Assembly (NCBI GenBank): GCA_015680685.1
Contig: MNCI01003377.1
Span: 244,760 to 308,759, forward strand
Origin: Gnetum montanum
Taxonomy: Eukaryota; Plantae; Gnetophyta
Direction of reading: 5' to 3'
Length of the DNA stretch: 64,000 nucleotides
In this document: in pieces, positions 63,009 through 64,000 of the stretch
Position numbering within the stretch: position 1 is the first letter of the stretch
How the letters are laid out: each line of letters begins with the position of its first letter
Notes under the pieces: model-generated
What the model was told of the DNA's origin: nothing
What the model saw: only the letters and a program-made list of their open reading frames with translations
Database searches by the model: none
Program-made: the position numbers and the translations under genes

Positions 63009-64000
63009 ATGCCTTCTTCTCATAAGAGCAACTCACCACCTAAGGACCATACTAGAGATGGTCAGCAAGATAAAAAACATAACCAAAATCAACCAAGTCC
63101 TAAGCAGTATAAGATGACATATACTCATCTCGATGAGTATATTCCTAATTTTACTTTTGTTCTCCATCAAGATGAACAACTGCGATGGAGAGATTTGCAA
63201 GGTAACATTGTGTTACCCCCAGATCGATCAATCTCTCGCATGCTTTTCCGTGCCTTGGTACAGATTGGCATGCAATAACATTACGCTGAATATGTTGCGA
63301 GGGATTATTATCCCACAGATGCCCAACGTATGAGAGATTTAAGGTAGGAGAGCCAACATACTTTTCTGAAGGGCAAAGCCCCGCACATCCTTAGCGAAAT
63401 AGGAGATGAGGAACCCCTTATCACAGGTTCTTTAGCAAAGGATGTTCCCCCTCCTAACGATGGTGAGGAGGAAGGGTATCAGAATATAAGATCAACAATC
63501 CATATCCCTGGTTTTGATACCCGTGAACACCAACTATTCACAAAGGGAACAACCACTCATGCTAAGGACGGGCACTTTGATCGTCACCACGATCGGGGCC
63601 GTAGCAGCTGAAGAGAAGGCAAGAAACATCGTCATGGCGATGGTTCCCCTTCTTCTTCCCCTTCTTCACATCACTCACCCTCTCCTTCCACATCTGGGCA
63701 CAGCCACCATGAACATAAAGGTGAGGATAAAAGTAAAAAGGATGAAAGACCTTGATGGGAAAGTTGAGAGAGAGGACAAGGGCAAGGACGTAGGGAGAGT
63801 AGGGAATCACGTAGACATCACAGGCATCATGAAAGAGATGATCATGATAAGCCCCTACTCGCAACCCGAAGTATGCTTGACATAATAGAGGCAGTTAGGA
63901 TTCTCACAAGGCATTTAAAGGATAGTCGGATCAAGTGATTGGACATGAACAATATCCCACGATTTGAAGGGGGATACAATGCTGATCCGCAAAATCATTT
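63009..64000 (+). pseudogene. A4 gag N-terminus (single frame with premature stops)
   Basis: MPSSHK... continues in frame through TAA/TAG/TGA stops to TRSMLDIIEAVRILTRHLKDSRIK*LDMNNIPRFEGG, matching ORF 47486-47725 of A3. Confidence 0.88.

Larger units (their letters stand above)
62058..64000 (+). mobile_element. A4: 5' part of an Athila-like element of the A1 family
   Basis: LTR, near-intact PBS and gag start. Candidate left TSD AAGCT (62053-62057). Confidence 0.93.

Noticed and set aside
63514-63885. Independent ORFs 63514-63885 (+) and 63562-63864 (-)
   Set aside because: Alternative frames over the low-complexity gag linker. The frame homologous to A3 gag is the one starting at 63009.

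Overview
The window is almost entirely a nested cluster of decayed retrotransposons from a heavily methylated, large-genome land plant. Gymnosperm-like origin is inference from the element mix and the strong CG/CHG decay. I found no host gene, RNA gene or CRISPR array. Nine elements can be resolved. A1 (<1-4272, +) is an Athila-like Gypsy with gag-protease but no RT/RH/INT. C1 (~4278-8400, -) is a Copia remnant. L1 (~8450-9850, -) is an RTE-type LINE RT remnant. A2 (9855-~54444, -) is a very old Athila-like element that hosts T1, C2 and T2. T1 (13266-31119, -) is a full-length Tat/Ogre-type Gypsy with TSD TATAG/TGTAG. C2 (31668-51418, -) is a pol-less Sirevirus-like Copia with TSD CTTAT. A3 (36438-49594, -) is a full-length Athila inside C2 gag, with TSD ATGAT. 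T2 (~54445-62057, +) is a second Tat. A4 (62058->64000, +) is a young Athila inserted in T2. Four features stand out. (1) A ~2.4 kb array of regularly interspaced nested palindromes (~190 bp period) lies in a ~5 kb gap separating gag-PR from RT in T1. (2) Each element reuses its own LTR palindromic motif plus a TATA box directly upstream of its second ORF. (3) A conserved 61-62 nt intron abuts the ATG of the Athila accessory ORF, and in A1 that slot holds an intact 61-codon ORF. (4) Related accessory domains occur in Copia, Athila and Tat elements. Boundaries supported by TG..CA ends, TSDs or PBS are precise. Domain boundaries are approximate and were translated by eye.
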